In this document: piece by piece, positions 1-13,160 of the stretch | How the letters are laid out: each line of letters begins with the position of its first letter | Position numbering within the stretch: the first letter of the stretch is position 1 | NCBI GenBank assembly: GCA_963821525.1 | Contig: CAWGED010000019.1 | Span: 608,001-672,000 of the forward strand | Direction: 5' to 3' | Source: an uncultured Gemmatimonadales bacterium | Lineage (GTDB): Bacteria; Gemmatimonadota; Gemmatimonadetes; Gemmatimonadales; GWC2-71-9 | DNA length: 64,000 bases | Notes under the pieces: generated by a model | Seen by the model: the letters and a program-made list of their open reading frames with translations, nothing else | What the model was told of the DNA's origin: nothing | Database searches by the model: none | Position numbers and translations under genes: made by a program

Positions 1-2634
<2,634 letters not shown>

Positions 2635-2647
2635 GCGGAGCCACACG

Positions 2648-5300
2648 GTGACTACTGAGCACCTCAGGGCAAGCCTCGCCGACCGCTACCGCATCGAGCG
2701 GGAGTTGGGCCAGGGCGGCATGGCGACGGTCTACCTCGCCGAGGACCTGAAGCACCGGCGTCGGGTCGCCATCAAGGTGCTCCGGCCGGAGCTCGCGGCG
2801 GTGATCGGCGCCGAGCGGTTCGTGCGGGAGATCCAGACCATCGCGGCACTCCAGCATCCCCACATCCTGGGTCTCATCGACTGGGGCGAGGTCAACGGGA
2901 CCGCCTACTACGTGATGCCGTTCATCGAAGGCGAATCGCTGCGCGACCGGATCACCCGCGAGAAGCAGTTGTCCATCGCCGATTCGGTACGGATCGCGAC
3001 TGAAGTAGCCAGTGCCCTCGATTACGCCCACCGTCACGGCGTGATCCACCGCGATATCAAGCCCGAGAACATCCTGATGCACGACGGCCAGGCTCTGGTG
3101 GCCGACTTCGGGATTGCACTCGCCGTGAGCAGCGCCGGCGGCTCCCGGATGACCGAGACCGGCATGTCGCTCGGCACCCCGCACTACATGAGCCCCGAGC
3201 AAGCGATGGGCGAACGAGCGATCACCGCCCGCTCCGACATCTATGCCTTGGGCTGTGTGACCTACGAGATGCTGACCGGGGATCCGCCCTTCACCGGCAG
3301 CACCGCGCAGGCGATCGTCGCCAAGATGATGACCGAGAAGCCGATCGCGCCGTCGCGAGTGCGGGACACGGTTCCGCCGGCTGTCGAAGACGCAGTGCTC
3401 ACCGCCCTCGCCAAGCTTCCGGCCGATCGGTTCACCTCCGCCGCGGAATTCGCCACCGCCCTGCGGGATCCCGCACGAATCACCCGAGCCTCGACCTCCA
3501 CCCCGATCACCGCGCCGACGACCTGCGCCGCGATGGTCCGTCCGCTCGGCGCTGCCCTGGGCGCTGGCTGCCGTCGTCGCTGTGCTGGCCCTGGTGAGCT
3601 GGTCCCGCACTCGGACCACGACCAGCCCCGTCACTCGCTTCGAAATACGTCCCGCCTTCGGCACCCAGTTTGGATATCCGATCAACGGAGTGGCGATGTA
3701 CCTCGCACTCTCGCCGGATGGCCGCCAGGTGATCTACACCGGAAGCCGCGGGGGAAGCGACTGGGCGCTTTACATCCGGAATCTCGACCAACTGGATTCC
3801 CGCCTGCTCCCCGGAACTGAAGGTGCGGTCGCGCCGGAATTCTCCCCCGACGGGAAATGGATCGCCTTCGGCGCACCGGACGGGAGCCTCAAGAAGCTCA
3901 TGGTGGACGGGACCTCGCTCACCACGCTTTGCCAGGTTGATGTGAGTGGCATCGCGGGCCTGACCTGGACCTCCAACCGTGAGGTGGTCTTTACCCGAGT
4001 GAATCTCACGGGGCGCGGGCTGTGGCGGGTGCCGGCCGACGGGGGGCAGCCCGTCGAGTTCTCCCAATTCGATTCGGCGAGCGGGGAGCGACTGCAACTC
4101 TCACCGCGCTCGACGCCCGACGGGAAGCTGGTGTTCTACAGCAGCACGAGGGCCAGCGTTCTGGATCTCAAGATCGGCGTCGCCTCCACCGCCAGCGGGA
4201 AGACCAAGGTGTTCACCGATCTTCTCGGCGCGCGCGTGCTCGGCTTCTCCGACGGCTTCCTGCTCTATGTGCGGATCGATGGCGCGCTCATGGCGGTACC
4301 CTTCGACCCCGGTACTCTCAAGATCGGAGCACCGCTCCAGATCCTCGACAGCATCGCGACGCGTGGCTGGCAGTCGCCGGCGGCGCTTTCCGCCAATGGG
4401 GCCCTGCTCTACCAGCGCGGGGGACTGACCAGCCAGCTGGTGCGGGTGGATCAGCACGGTGACGCGCAGCTCCTTCTCGATTCGCCGCGGATGTACGCTC
4501 ACCCTCGCCTCTCTCCCGATGGGCGACGCATCGCCTTCGAAGCCCAGGCCGGCGCGGGCAACGAGATCTGGATCGCCGATCTTGCGTCGCAGACCGCGGA
4601 GCGCCTCACCCGGGAGGGATTCAACGACCGCCCCGAATGGACTCCGGACGGAAGCCGGGTGATGTACGTATCCGGACGAACCAAGGCGAATTCGATCTGG
4701 TGGCAACCGGCCGATGGCAGCGGTACCGCGGAGATGCTCTTTCAAGGACCGGATGCGATTCGAGAAGCGGTCTTCGCCCACGGTGGTGAGGAAATCGTAT
4801 ATCGGATGGATACGCCGGACAGCGGCCGGGATATTTATCGGCTCCCGCTTGGACAGAAAAAACCGGTGCCGATTCTGACCAACATTGATGACGACAAGCA
4901 GCCCCGGGTCTCGCCCGATGGAAAGTGGCTCGCCTATATCTCGAACGCGTCCGGGCGGGAAGAAGTGTATATCAGGCCGCTGGCCGGTGGACCGCGCACC
5001 ACGGTCTCGCGCGACGGCGGAGGAGAGCCGCTCTGGTCCCCCGACGGGAAACGTCTCTACTACCGGGTCGGCGCTCGACTGATGGCCGCCGGTATCGTCA
5101 CCACACCATCGATCTCCGTCACTTCGCGGGACACGCTGTTCGAGGGGCCCTACATCACCGATCCATGGCACCCGAATTACGATGTCTGGCCGGATGGCAA
5201 GAGCTTCGTGATGCTGCGGCCGGTCGAGGAGAACCGGCAGCTGGTCATGGTGGTGAATTGGATCAGGGAATTGCGGCAGCGGACCGGGAAGGCCAAGTAA
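2648..5300 (+). CDS. Ser/Thr kinase-TM-PD40 propeller, copy 2 (frameshift near 3520-3580)
   Basis: ORF 2648..3820 carries the kinase motifs and ORF 3582..5300 carries the SPDG repeats. Architecture matches the neighbouring copies. Confidence 0.9.
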
Positions 5301-5414
5301 CGCTTCACGATTTGATGAGCGACCCTTGACTGATCTCATTCACAGCCCTGAGCTTGAGGCGAGCAGCTTTTCCCGTCCCCCTTCTCCCTTCTCCGCAGTT
5401 AAGTCGAGGATTCC

Positions 5415-6293
5415 ATGACCCAGCCTGTCATCGCGCCGGACACCACGGCGCGGAAGCCACGGGACGACGAAATCGACGTCTATGGGATCACCCATCCCGG
5501 CAAAGTGCGCAAGGACAATCAGGACCATTTTCTGATCTGTTCGCTCCGACCCGGGGTCGTCGTCCACCACACCAGCCTGCCCGACACGGGGCGGTGGTCC
5601 GGGGCGGAGCGATTAGCGTTTCTCGCCATGGTCGCCGATGGGGTGGGCGGGAGCGCCATGGGCGAGGAGGCGAGCCGACTGGCGGTCGCCGGCATCACGG
5701 ACTATGTGACCCAGTGCGTGCACACCTACTACACCGCCGACTCCAGCAATGACGCCGGCTTTGCCGACGCGCTCGTCGAGGCGGCGATGCAAGTGCACGC
5801 GCGAATCGTGGAGCAGACCCGGGAAGCGGACGACCCGCGAGGTGGGTCCACCACGCTGACCCTGTGGATTGGCGTGTGGCCCCGGGCCTACCTGCTGCAG
5901 GTGGGAGACAGTCGCTGCTACACGCTCCGGGAAGGAGTCCTCACCCAGATCTCACGGGACCAGACGATGGCCCAGGAGCTGATCGACGCCGGCGTGCTCA
6001 AGCGCACCGAAGTCCGTCGTACCCGCTGGGCGCACGTGCTCTCCAGCTCCATCGGAGGACACCAGACCGCGCCGGTGGTTACCCGCATGGACCAGGAGTG
6101 GGGCAGAGTCGGCCTTCTCTGCAGCGACGGTCTCACCAAACACGTCTCGGACGAACGGATCGCCGAGCAGCTGCGGAATATGAGTTCGGCCAAGCAGGTC
6201 TGCGAGGCGCTGCTGCAGGATGCTCTGGATGATGGCGGGACCGACAACATCACCATCCTGGTGGGACGACCGGTTCGGAAAGACCTCGCGTGA
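5415..6293 (+). CDS. PP2C/PPM-family Ser/Thr protein phosphatase (PrpC/Stp1-like)
   Basis: Motifs GKVRKDNQD, VADGVGG, VGDSRCY, LLCSDGL and GGTDNIT. Confidence 0.92.
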   Translation: MTQPVIAPDTTARKPRDDEIDVYGITHPGKVRKDNQDHFLICSLRPGVVVHHTSLPDTGRWSGAERLAFLAMVADGVGGSAMGEEASRLAVAGITDYVTQCVHTYYTADSSNDAGFADALVEAAMQVHARIVEQTREADDPRGGSTTLTLWIGVWPRAYLLQVGDSRCYTLREGVLTQISRDQTMAQELIDAGVLKRTEVRRTRWAHVLSSSIGGHQTAPVVTRMDQEWGRVGLLCSDGLTKHVSDERIAEQLRNMSSAKQVCEALLQDALDDGGTDNITILVGRPVRKDLA

Positions 6294-6361
6294 CGGATGC
6301 CTCTCCGGCGTTGACCGCCGCCCTCGCCGACCGTTACCGCATTCTGCTGGAGCGGAAATGA
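6290..6361 (+). pseudogene. 23-codon remnant of a kinase 5' end (VTDASPALTAALADRYRILLERK*)
   Basis: The GTG at 6290 overlaps the PP2C stop. The peptide contains ALADRYRI, as in the kinase N-termini, and its TGA overlaps the dehydratase ATG at 6358. Confidence 0.65.
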
Positions 6362-7334
6362 AAACCACCGAGTCCGTTCGTCCCATAGACCTCGCCGAGA
6401 TTCGCGAGGCCCAACGTCGCATCGCGGGAACCATCTTCCGTACGCCGCTGGTCCGTCTCGAGCTGGGACCCGGCTTTCCCGACATTCGGCTCAAACTCGA
6501 AGTGCTTCAGCCCATCAATGCCTACAAGCTGCGCGGCGCGGCCAACGCGGTCGCCATGCTGTCCGACTCGGAACGAAAGCGTGGGGTCTGGACGATCAGC
6601 GCCGGCAACGCGGGACAGGGAGTCGCCTACGCCGCGAGAGCAGCCGGTGTCCCCTGCACCGTTGTCGCGATCGAAACCGCTCCCGCCTCAAAGCTCGAAC
6701 GGATGAAGGCGCTCGGCGCCAAACTGGTGCTGGTGCCCTACGAGGTGGCCTGGAAGGCGCTCGACGAGCGGGCCTAGCCGGGGTCGAAGGAACCTTCATT
6801 CACCCCTTCGATGACGACAATTTCATCGCCGGGCACGCGACGATGGGGCTGGAGATTCTGGAGGACGCGCCGGAGACGGCGGCAGTTATCGCCGCCATTG
6901 GTGGCGGTGGACTCATCACGGGCGTCGCGAGTGCCATGAGAGCCATCAAACCCGAGATCAAGGTGTGGGGCGCCGAACCGGAGACCGCTGCTCCGCTGTC
7001 GCTCTCCCTCGCTAGCGGGTCCCCTCAGTCATTCAAGGACTGGAAGGCATCGTTCGTGGATGGTGCCGGCGGACAGAGTGTCTTCCCCCGGATGTGGGAG
7101 CGGATGAAACCGGTGGTGGATGGTTGTATTGTTGTAACGCTGGACGAGACGAAACGGGCCATGCGATTGATGGCCGAGAAGGCGCGAATCATCGCGGAAG
7201 GCGCGGGATGCTTGCCGGTCGCGGCCGCTCTGACCGGGAAAGCGGGACAAGGTCCCATCGTCGCCATCGTCTCCGGCGGGAATATCGACCTGCAGAAATT
7301 CTCCGATCTGATTGGCACGACGCCGCGTGCATGA
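6358..7334 (+). CDS. PLP-dependent threonine/serine dehydratase family protein (stop/frameshift near 6775)
   Basis: Motifs LKLEVLQPINAYKLRGA, SAGNAGQG, IGGGGLITG and VSGGN, split over ORFs 6220..6777 and 6843..7334. Confidence 0.88.
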
Positions 7335-7345
7335 CGGCGTCGGCA

Positions 7346-7484
7346 GTCGAGTGTCGATGGTCGATAGTCATCAGTCCTGACCCGGGACTCAAGACTCGGG
7401 ACGCATCATTCAGGCCTGTCGAATCCAAGTACTAATCACGTCTACCGACATCGACCATTGACCATCGACCATCGACTATCGACC
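7346..7484. repeat. Inverted heptamer arrays (GTCGATG-like / CATCGAC-like); the right array encodes the kinase 3 N-terminus
   Basis: gtcgagtgtcgatggtcgatagtc at 7346-7369 and catcgaccattgaccatcgaccatcgactatcgacc at 7449-7484. Confidence 0.7.
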
Positions 7485-10151
7485 GCTTTGTCCGACCGCT
7501 ACCGCATCGAGCGGGAGCTGGGCCAGGGCGGCATGGCCACCGTCTACCTGGCCCAGGACCTGAGGCACGACCGCAGAGTCGCGGTGAAAGTCCTGCGCCC
7601 CGAGCTGGCCGCCGTCATCGGCGCCGAGCGGTTCCTGAGCGAGATCAAGACCACCGCGAACCTGCAGCACCCGCACATCCTCCCGCTCTTCGATTCCGGC
7701 GCCGCCGACAGCTTCCTCTTCTACGTCATGCCGTTCGTCGAAGGCGAGTCACTGCGCGATCGGCTGAGCCGGGAGAAGCAGCTGCCGATCCCGGACGCGG
7801 TACGGATCGCCACCGAAGTCTGGGTGCCCTGGACTACGCCCACCGCCACGGCGTCATCCATCGGGACATCAAGCCGGAAAACATCCTCCTGCACGATGGC
7901 CGGGCGCTGGTCGCGGACTTCGGGATTGCGCTGGCAGCCAGCAAGGCGGGCGGCACTCGTATGACCGAGACCGGCATGAGCCTCGGCACGCCGATCTACA
8001 TGAGCCCCGAGCAGGCGATGGGGGAACGGGAGATCACCGCGCGGAGCGATGTGTACGCCCTCGGCTGCGTGCTGTACGAAATGCTGGTGGGAGAGCCGCC
8101 ATTCACCGGGCCCACCGCGCAGGCGATTGTTGCCAAGGTGGTCACCGAGGAGCCGCGCGCGCTAAGACCCAAGCGACACACCATCCCAGCGAATGTCGAA
8201 GCGGCGACGATGACGGCACTCGAGAAGCTGCCGGCCGACCGGTTCGCCAGCGCTGCGGAGTTCGCTGCGGCGCTGGGCGAGGCGTCGTACGGCACCGAGC
8301 GTGTCACGGCCACGACGACCGCCGCAGCCCGGCGAGACACACAGCGCCGAGGGCGGTATCTCCCTGCAGTGCTGGCTGCGCTGGGAGGTCTGGCGCTCGG
8401 CGCATCGCTCCTGAGCATGCTGCGCTCTCCGGTCTCGGCACCCGTCACCCGCTATGGTCTGTCGCTCCCCCCGGACCAGGAACCGGTGCGGGAATGGCAG
8501 GTGATCCCCTCTCCGGACGGGTCTCAGATCGCCTACGTGGGCCCGGCCGAACGCACGACGCAAATCTGGATCAAGCGACGGGACCGTTATGAAGCTTCTC
8601 CGCTCCCGGGGACGCTTGGGGTGACCAACTTCACTTGGTCTCCCGACGGCGCGGTGGATCGCGTTCACCCAAGGCACTCAACTCAAGAAGCAGCCGGTCG
8701 TAGGAGGAACCGCGACCACGCTGGCTGATAACGTGTCAGCCTTTCCAGGAATCGCCTGGCTGGATGACGGGAATATCGTCTTCATTCGAGCCGGCGGAAT
8801 CGCGCTCATGCGAGTGGCGGAAAGCGGCGGGGAGCCCGCCGAGGTCCTGACGGATAGCACCGGAATTGGCCTGCTCACCCCATTGCCCGGAGGGCGAGGC
8901 GTGCTCTTTGGTCGCTGCCGGCGCAACTGCTCCCAGTTGGATCTCTGGGTGGTCGACCTGAAGTCGAGCAAGTCGCACCAGGTAGTTCCCGGTGCGGTCA
9001 TGGGACACTACGTGAAGACCGGGCACCTCCTGTTCGTCCGGCCGGATGGCGGGCTGTTCGCGGCACCGTTCAGCCTGCGCTCTCTGGATCTGACTGGCCC
9101 GGCGGTTCCCGTCCTGGATAGTGTAGCGGTGCTCGGTGGAGTCTACCCGCTGTTCGCGGTTTCCTCCTCGGGTACCTTGGTGATGCGTTATGGAGCGGCA
9201 CCGGCAGCAGGGCAGCAGTTTTCCATGGTGTGGGTGGACCGCACCGGGCGCGTGACGCCGGTCGATTCGGGTTGGACCCTTCAGTTTACCAACTTTGGCG
9301 AAAACTACGGGTGGGCCCTGTCGCCCGACGGCAAGCGATTGGCCCTTGGCCTCGCGACAGACGCCGGCGACGACATCTGGGTCAAGCAGCTTCCGCGAGG
9401 TCCCTTGTCACGGGTCTCCTATGACGGGGCGTCGGAATACCGGCCTCGGTGGATGCCGAACGGGCGCGAAATCATGTTCGGGTCCAACCGGGCCGGCACC
9501 GGGACCGGGGGGCTGTACTCACGACCTGCCGACGGCACCGGTTCGGATTCGCTCATCCTGCGCGCGGAACAGGGGATCTTCGAGAGCGTCTGGTCACCGG
9601 ACGGCCGCTGGCTCCTGTTCCGGACTGGTGGCACCGTGGGCCAGATGGGAGGGCGGGACATCGTAGGTATTCGTCCCGGCGTCGACAGTGCGCCGGTGCC
9701 GGTGGTGGTGACCCCCTATGACGAAGAAGCGATCGCGATCTCACCCGACGGACGATGGCTGGCCTACGAGTCCAACGAAACCGGGAAAACCGAGGTGTAC
9801 CTCCGGCCATTTCCAAACACCAACAGCGGCAAGTGGCAGATCTCGAATGGCGGAGGAGTCGCTCCGCTCTGGGCGAGGACCGGTCGCGAACTTTTCTACG
9901 TCAGCGCTGCGCGCGACATGATGACCGCCACTATCGGCCCCGGCGTCCAGCCGACGATCGGGACCCCACGGATTCTCTTTCATCTCCGGGATGACCTCTA
10001 TATGACGCCTACGGAGTTCTACACCCCGTTCGATGTCGGTCCGGACGGCCGCTTCATCATGGCGCGAAGCGAGACCCCCGAAGCAATTTTTAACGCCCCG
10101 CTGGTCGTGGTGGACAACTGGTTCGAGGAGCTGAGGCAGCGAACCCATTGA
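7458..10151 (+). CDS. Ser/Thr kinase-TM-PD40 propeller, copy 3 (frameshifts near 7820 and 8650)
   Basis: ORFs 7458..7964, 7961..8728 and 8733..10151 join into the same architecture as copy 4. Confidence 0.88.
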
Positions 10152-12814
10152 CCATCCACCCCAGACTCTCGACCGCCCTCGCCGACCGCTACCGCATCGA
10201 GCGGGAGCTGGGCCAGGGCGGCATGGCCACCGTCTATCTCGCCCACGATGTGCGGCACGATCGGAAGGTGGCCCTCAAGGTTCTCCGACCAGAGCTGGCC
10301 GCCGTAATCGGAGCCGAGCGATTCCTCGCCGAGATCAAGACCACGGCCAACCTGCAGCATCCGCACATTCTGTCGTTGTTCGATTCGGGAGAAGCGGACG
10401 GGACGGTGTTCTATGTCATGCCCTACGTCGAGGGCGAGTCGCTGCGCGACCGACTCTCGCGCGAGCATCAGTTGCCGGTCGAAGAGGCAATCCAGCTCGC
10501 GCGCGAAGTGGCCGACGCGCTGCAGTACGCGCACAATCACCACGTAATCCACCGCGACATCAAGCCGGAAAACATCCTGCTGCACGGCGGGCACGCCCTG
10601 GTCGCCGACTTCGGCATCGCACTCGCCGTGAGCCGCTCCGACGGCGGGACCCGGATGACCGAAACCGGGATGTCGCTCGGCACCCCGCACTACATGAGCC
10701 CCGAGCAGGCGATGGGAGAGCGGGAGATCACCGGCAAGAGCGACGTGTACGCGCTTGGTTGTGTGCTGTACGAGATGCTGGTGGGCGAGCCGCCATTCAC
10801 CGGCCCCACCGTGCAGGCGATGGTGGCGCGGGTGATGACCGAGGAGCCTCGCTCACTCACCATCCAGCGGAAGACGATTCCGCCGCACGTCGAGGCCTCG
10901 GTCCGGAAAGCGCTGCAGAAGCTGTCGGCGGATCGCTTCGCCTCCCCGGCGGCCTTTGCCGACGCACTGGTCCATCCCGAGAGCATGGCGCTTCCGACCT
11001 CGGCCGGGATGCCGGCCGCTTCCCCTGCCTCATCGGTGGCGTGGAAGCGCCGGTTTGTGATAGCCGCGGCTCTGGGCACTCTCGCGACTGTAGCGGCGAT
11101 CTTGGCCTCGATACGAAGTGCACGCATCGGGTCCGCCGGCCCAGACTGGTCCTACCTGAATTTCGGAGACAGCCTCCAGGTCCAGACCAACCTGCCCGCT
11201 CTCGCCTATTCGCCCGACGGCTCCACCATCGTGATCAAGAGCGACGTCCAGAACGGTCGGCTCTGGCTCAAGCGTCGAGCAGATCTCAACCCCACGCCGA
11301 TTCCGGGCACGGAACGCGCCACCAGTCCGGTGTTCTCCCCCGACGGGAAGTGGATCGCCTTCATTCGGGATGGACAAGTCAGAAAGGTCGGGGTCGATGG
11401 CGGTGGCGCCGTCACCCTCGCCGACACGGCCTTCAACCTCGCCCTCACCTGGCTCGATGACGGTTCGCTGATCTACAGCCCCACCCTCTTCAAGCTCAGC
11501 CGCATCAGCTCCGCTGGGGGGCCGTCAACCGTGGTCCTCGAAGATTCGACGCTCTTCGGATTGGCTCCGAGTGGGTTTACCCCGCTGCCCGGTGGGCGCG
11601 GGATCCTCCTCACTTCCTGCAATGCTGGCTGCGTCTCGATGACGCTCTTGGTCCTGGACCTGAAGACCCGGACGCAGCACACCCTGCTCCCGGACGTGGC
11701 CCAGGGCTGGTACCTCCCTGGCGGCAGGCTGCTGTATGTGCGTCGTGATGGCACCGCGATGGTGGCCCCCTTCGATCTCGATAAACTGCAGATCACGGGC
11801 GCGGCCGTCCCGGTGCTCGAGGGTGTGCTGGTCAGCGTGGGGTTTGCCCAGCTTGCATGGTCGCCATCCGGGTCGCTGCTCTACGTGCGTGGCGAAGGGC
11901 TTTCGCCTGACCAGCTGCTGTTCCGGGTCACCCGAGACGGGGCTGTGGCTCCCCTCGACACGTCCTGGGTCGCGCAGTTCACCTCGCCGGTGGTGTCCCG
12001 GGATGGACGTCGAATCGCGGTGGGTGTCGGCGGCACGGTCAGCGCTCTCAACATCTGGGTCAGGTCGATGGACCGGGGGCCGGCGACCCGGCTCACGTTC
12101 GGCGGCCAGGATCGTCGGCCGGCCTGGTCACCCGACGGACGGCTCATCGCCTTTGTGCGGGACACCGCTGCGGGCAGCGTCGTGATGGCGCGGCCGGCTG
12201 ACGGGGCTGGCTCCGACCGGCTATTAGCACGGCTCGACCGGATCGTCCAGGAGGTAGCCTGGTCGCCGGACGGCCAATGGCTCGTGCTCCGCACCGACAA
12301 CGGCGCGGCGGGCGCGGGCGACCTCGTCGGGGTGCGGACCAGCGGGGACACCACTCCAGTGTCCCTTGTCGCGAGCCCCTTCACCGAGCTCCACCCCGCC
12401 GTCTCACCCGACGGCCGCTGGCTGGCGTACTGCTCCAACGAGTCGGGGCGCAATGAGATATACGTGCGGCCCTTCCCGAATACCGATGGCGGGCGCTGGC
12501 AGGTTTCGAGCGGCACCGGGAACGAGCCGCGGTGGTCGGGTGACGGGCGGGAGCTGTTCTACCTCGACGACACTCGCCAGCTGATGGCCACTCGCATTGG
12601 CTCGGGGCCTTCTTTCTCGACCGGTGAAACCCGGCGAATCCTCGACGCCTCCGGATTCACCGGCCAGGTCTTCCATCAATCGTATGACGTGGCTCCCGAT
12701 GGACGGTCGTTCCTGTTCGTCGGGCCCCGGAAATCCCGGGCGAACTCGCGGGGCCCGCAGGTAGTGCGGGTGGACAACTGGTTCGCCGATCTCAAGGCAC
12801 GGGTAAAGCGGTGA
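10148..12814 (+). CDS. Ser/Thr kinase-TM-PD40 propeller, copy 4 (intact, 888 aa)
   Basis: VALK, HRDIKPEN, DFG and GTPHYMSPE motifs, TM FVIAAALGTLATVAAILASI, and multiple SPDG repeats. Confidence 0.94.
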   Translation: MTIHPRLSTALADRYRIERELGQGGMATVYLAHDVRHDRKVALKVLRPELAAVIGAERFLAEIKTTANLQHPHILSLFDSGEADGTVFYVMPYVEGESLRDRLSREHQLPVEEAIQLAREVADALQYAHNHHVIHRDIKPENILLHGGHALVADFGIALAVSRSDGGTRMTETGMSLGTPHYMSPEQAMGEREITGKSDVYALGCVLYEMLVGEPPFTGPTVQAMVARVMTEEPRSLTIQRKTIPPHVEASVRKALQKLSADRFASPAAFADALVHPESMALPTSAGMPAASPASSVAWKRRFVIAAALGTLATVAAILASIRSARIGSAGPDWSYLNFGDSLQVQTNLPALAYSPDGSTIVIKSDVQNGRLWLKRRADLNPTPIPGTERATSPVFSPDGKWIAFIRDGQVRKVGVDGGGAVTLADTAFNLALTWLDDGSLIYSPTLFKLSRISSAGGPSTVVLEDSTLFGLAPSGFTPLPGGRGILLTSCNAGCVSMTLLVLDLKTRTQHTLLPDVAQGWYLPGGRLLYVRRDGTAMVAPFDLDKLQITGAAVPVLEGVLVSVGFAQLAWSPSGSLLYVRGEGLSPDQLLFRVTRDGAVAPLDTSWVAQFTSPVVSRDGRRIAVGVGGTVSALNIWVRSMDRGPATRLTFGGQDRRPAWSPDGRLIAFVRDTAAGSVVMARPADGAGSDRLLARLDRIVQEVAWSPDGQWLVLRTDNGAAGAGDLVGVRTSGDTTPVSLVASPFTELHPAVSPDGRWLAYCSNESGRNEIYVRPFPNTDGGRWQVSSGTGNEPRWSGDGRELFYLDDTRQLMATRIGSGPSFSTGETRRILDASGFTGQVFHQSYDVAPDGRSFLFVGPRKSRANSRGPQVVRVDNWFADLKARVKR

Positions 12815-12857
12815 GGTGGTCCCGAATGCGATCTCCGAGCTACGACCCACGACCACG

Positions 12858-12873
12858 TGGCACGGGGCTCGCT
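12858..12873 (+). promoter_or_regulatory. Possible sigma-54 (-24/-12) promoter
   Basis: TGGCACGGGGCTCGCT has correct GG/GC spacing with one mismatch to TGGCAC-N5-TTGC. It lies about 290 nt upstream of the lipoprotein start. Confidence 0.25.
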
Positions 12874-13160
12874 TGAGGCTGAGCAAAGATTCCCGACAAT
12901 CGACCGGATTAACGAACCTTCAGGCCTGTTGACCTGACGGCTCTGTGCGCCGTGAACGCGCAGCAAAGTGTCTTCCGGTCACAACGGGGGCGGTGTGGCG
13001 TGGCCACGAGCACCCGGCGCTCTCCGACTTGCTTTGTTGGGTCCGCGTCCCCATTCTTTTGCCGCTCTACTTACAGACAGTGGTGCCCATGAAGGTCGGA
13101 GTCAGGAACGACCGGACCGATGGTATGGCTCGGAACCTCGTCCAAGGAACGGATTCGGCC

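Noticed and set aside
6775..6777. In-frame TAG as pyrrolysine or readthrough in the dehydratase
   Set aside because: The downstream protein continues in a different frame, so this is a local sequence error rather than readthrough.
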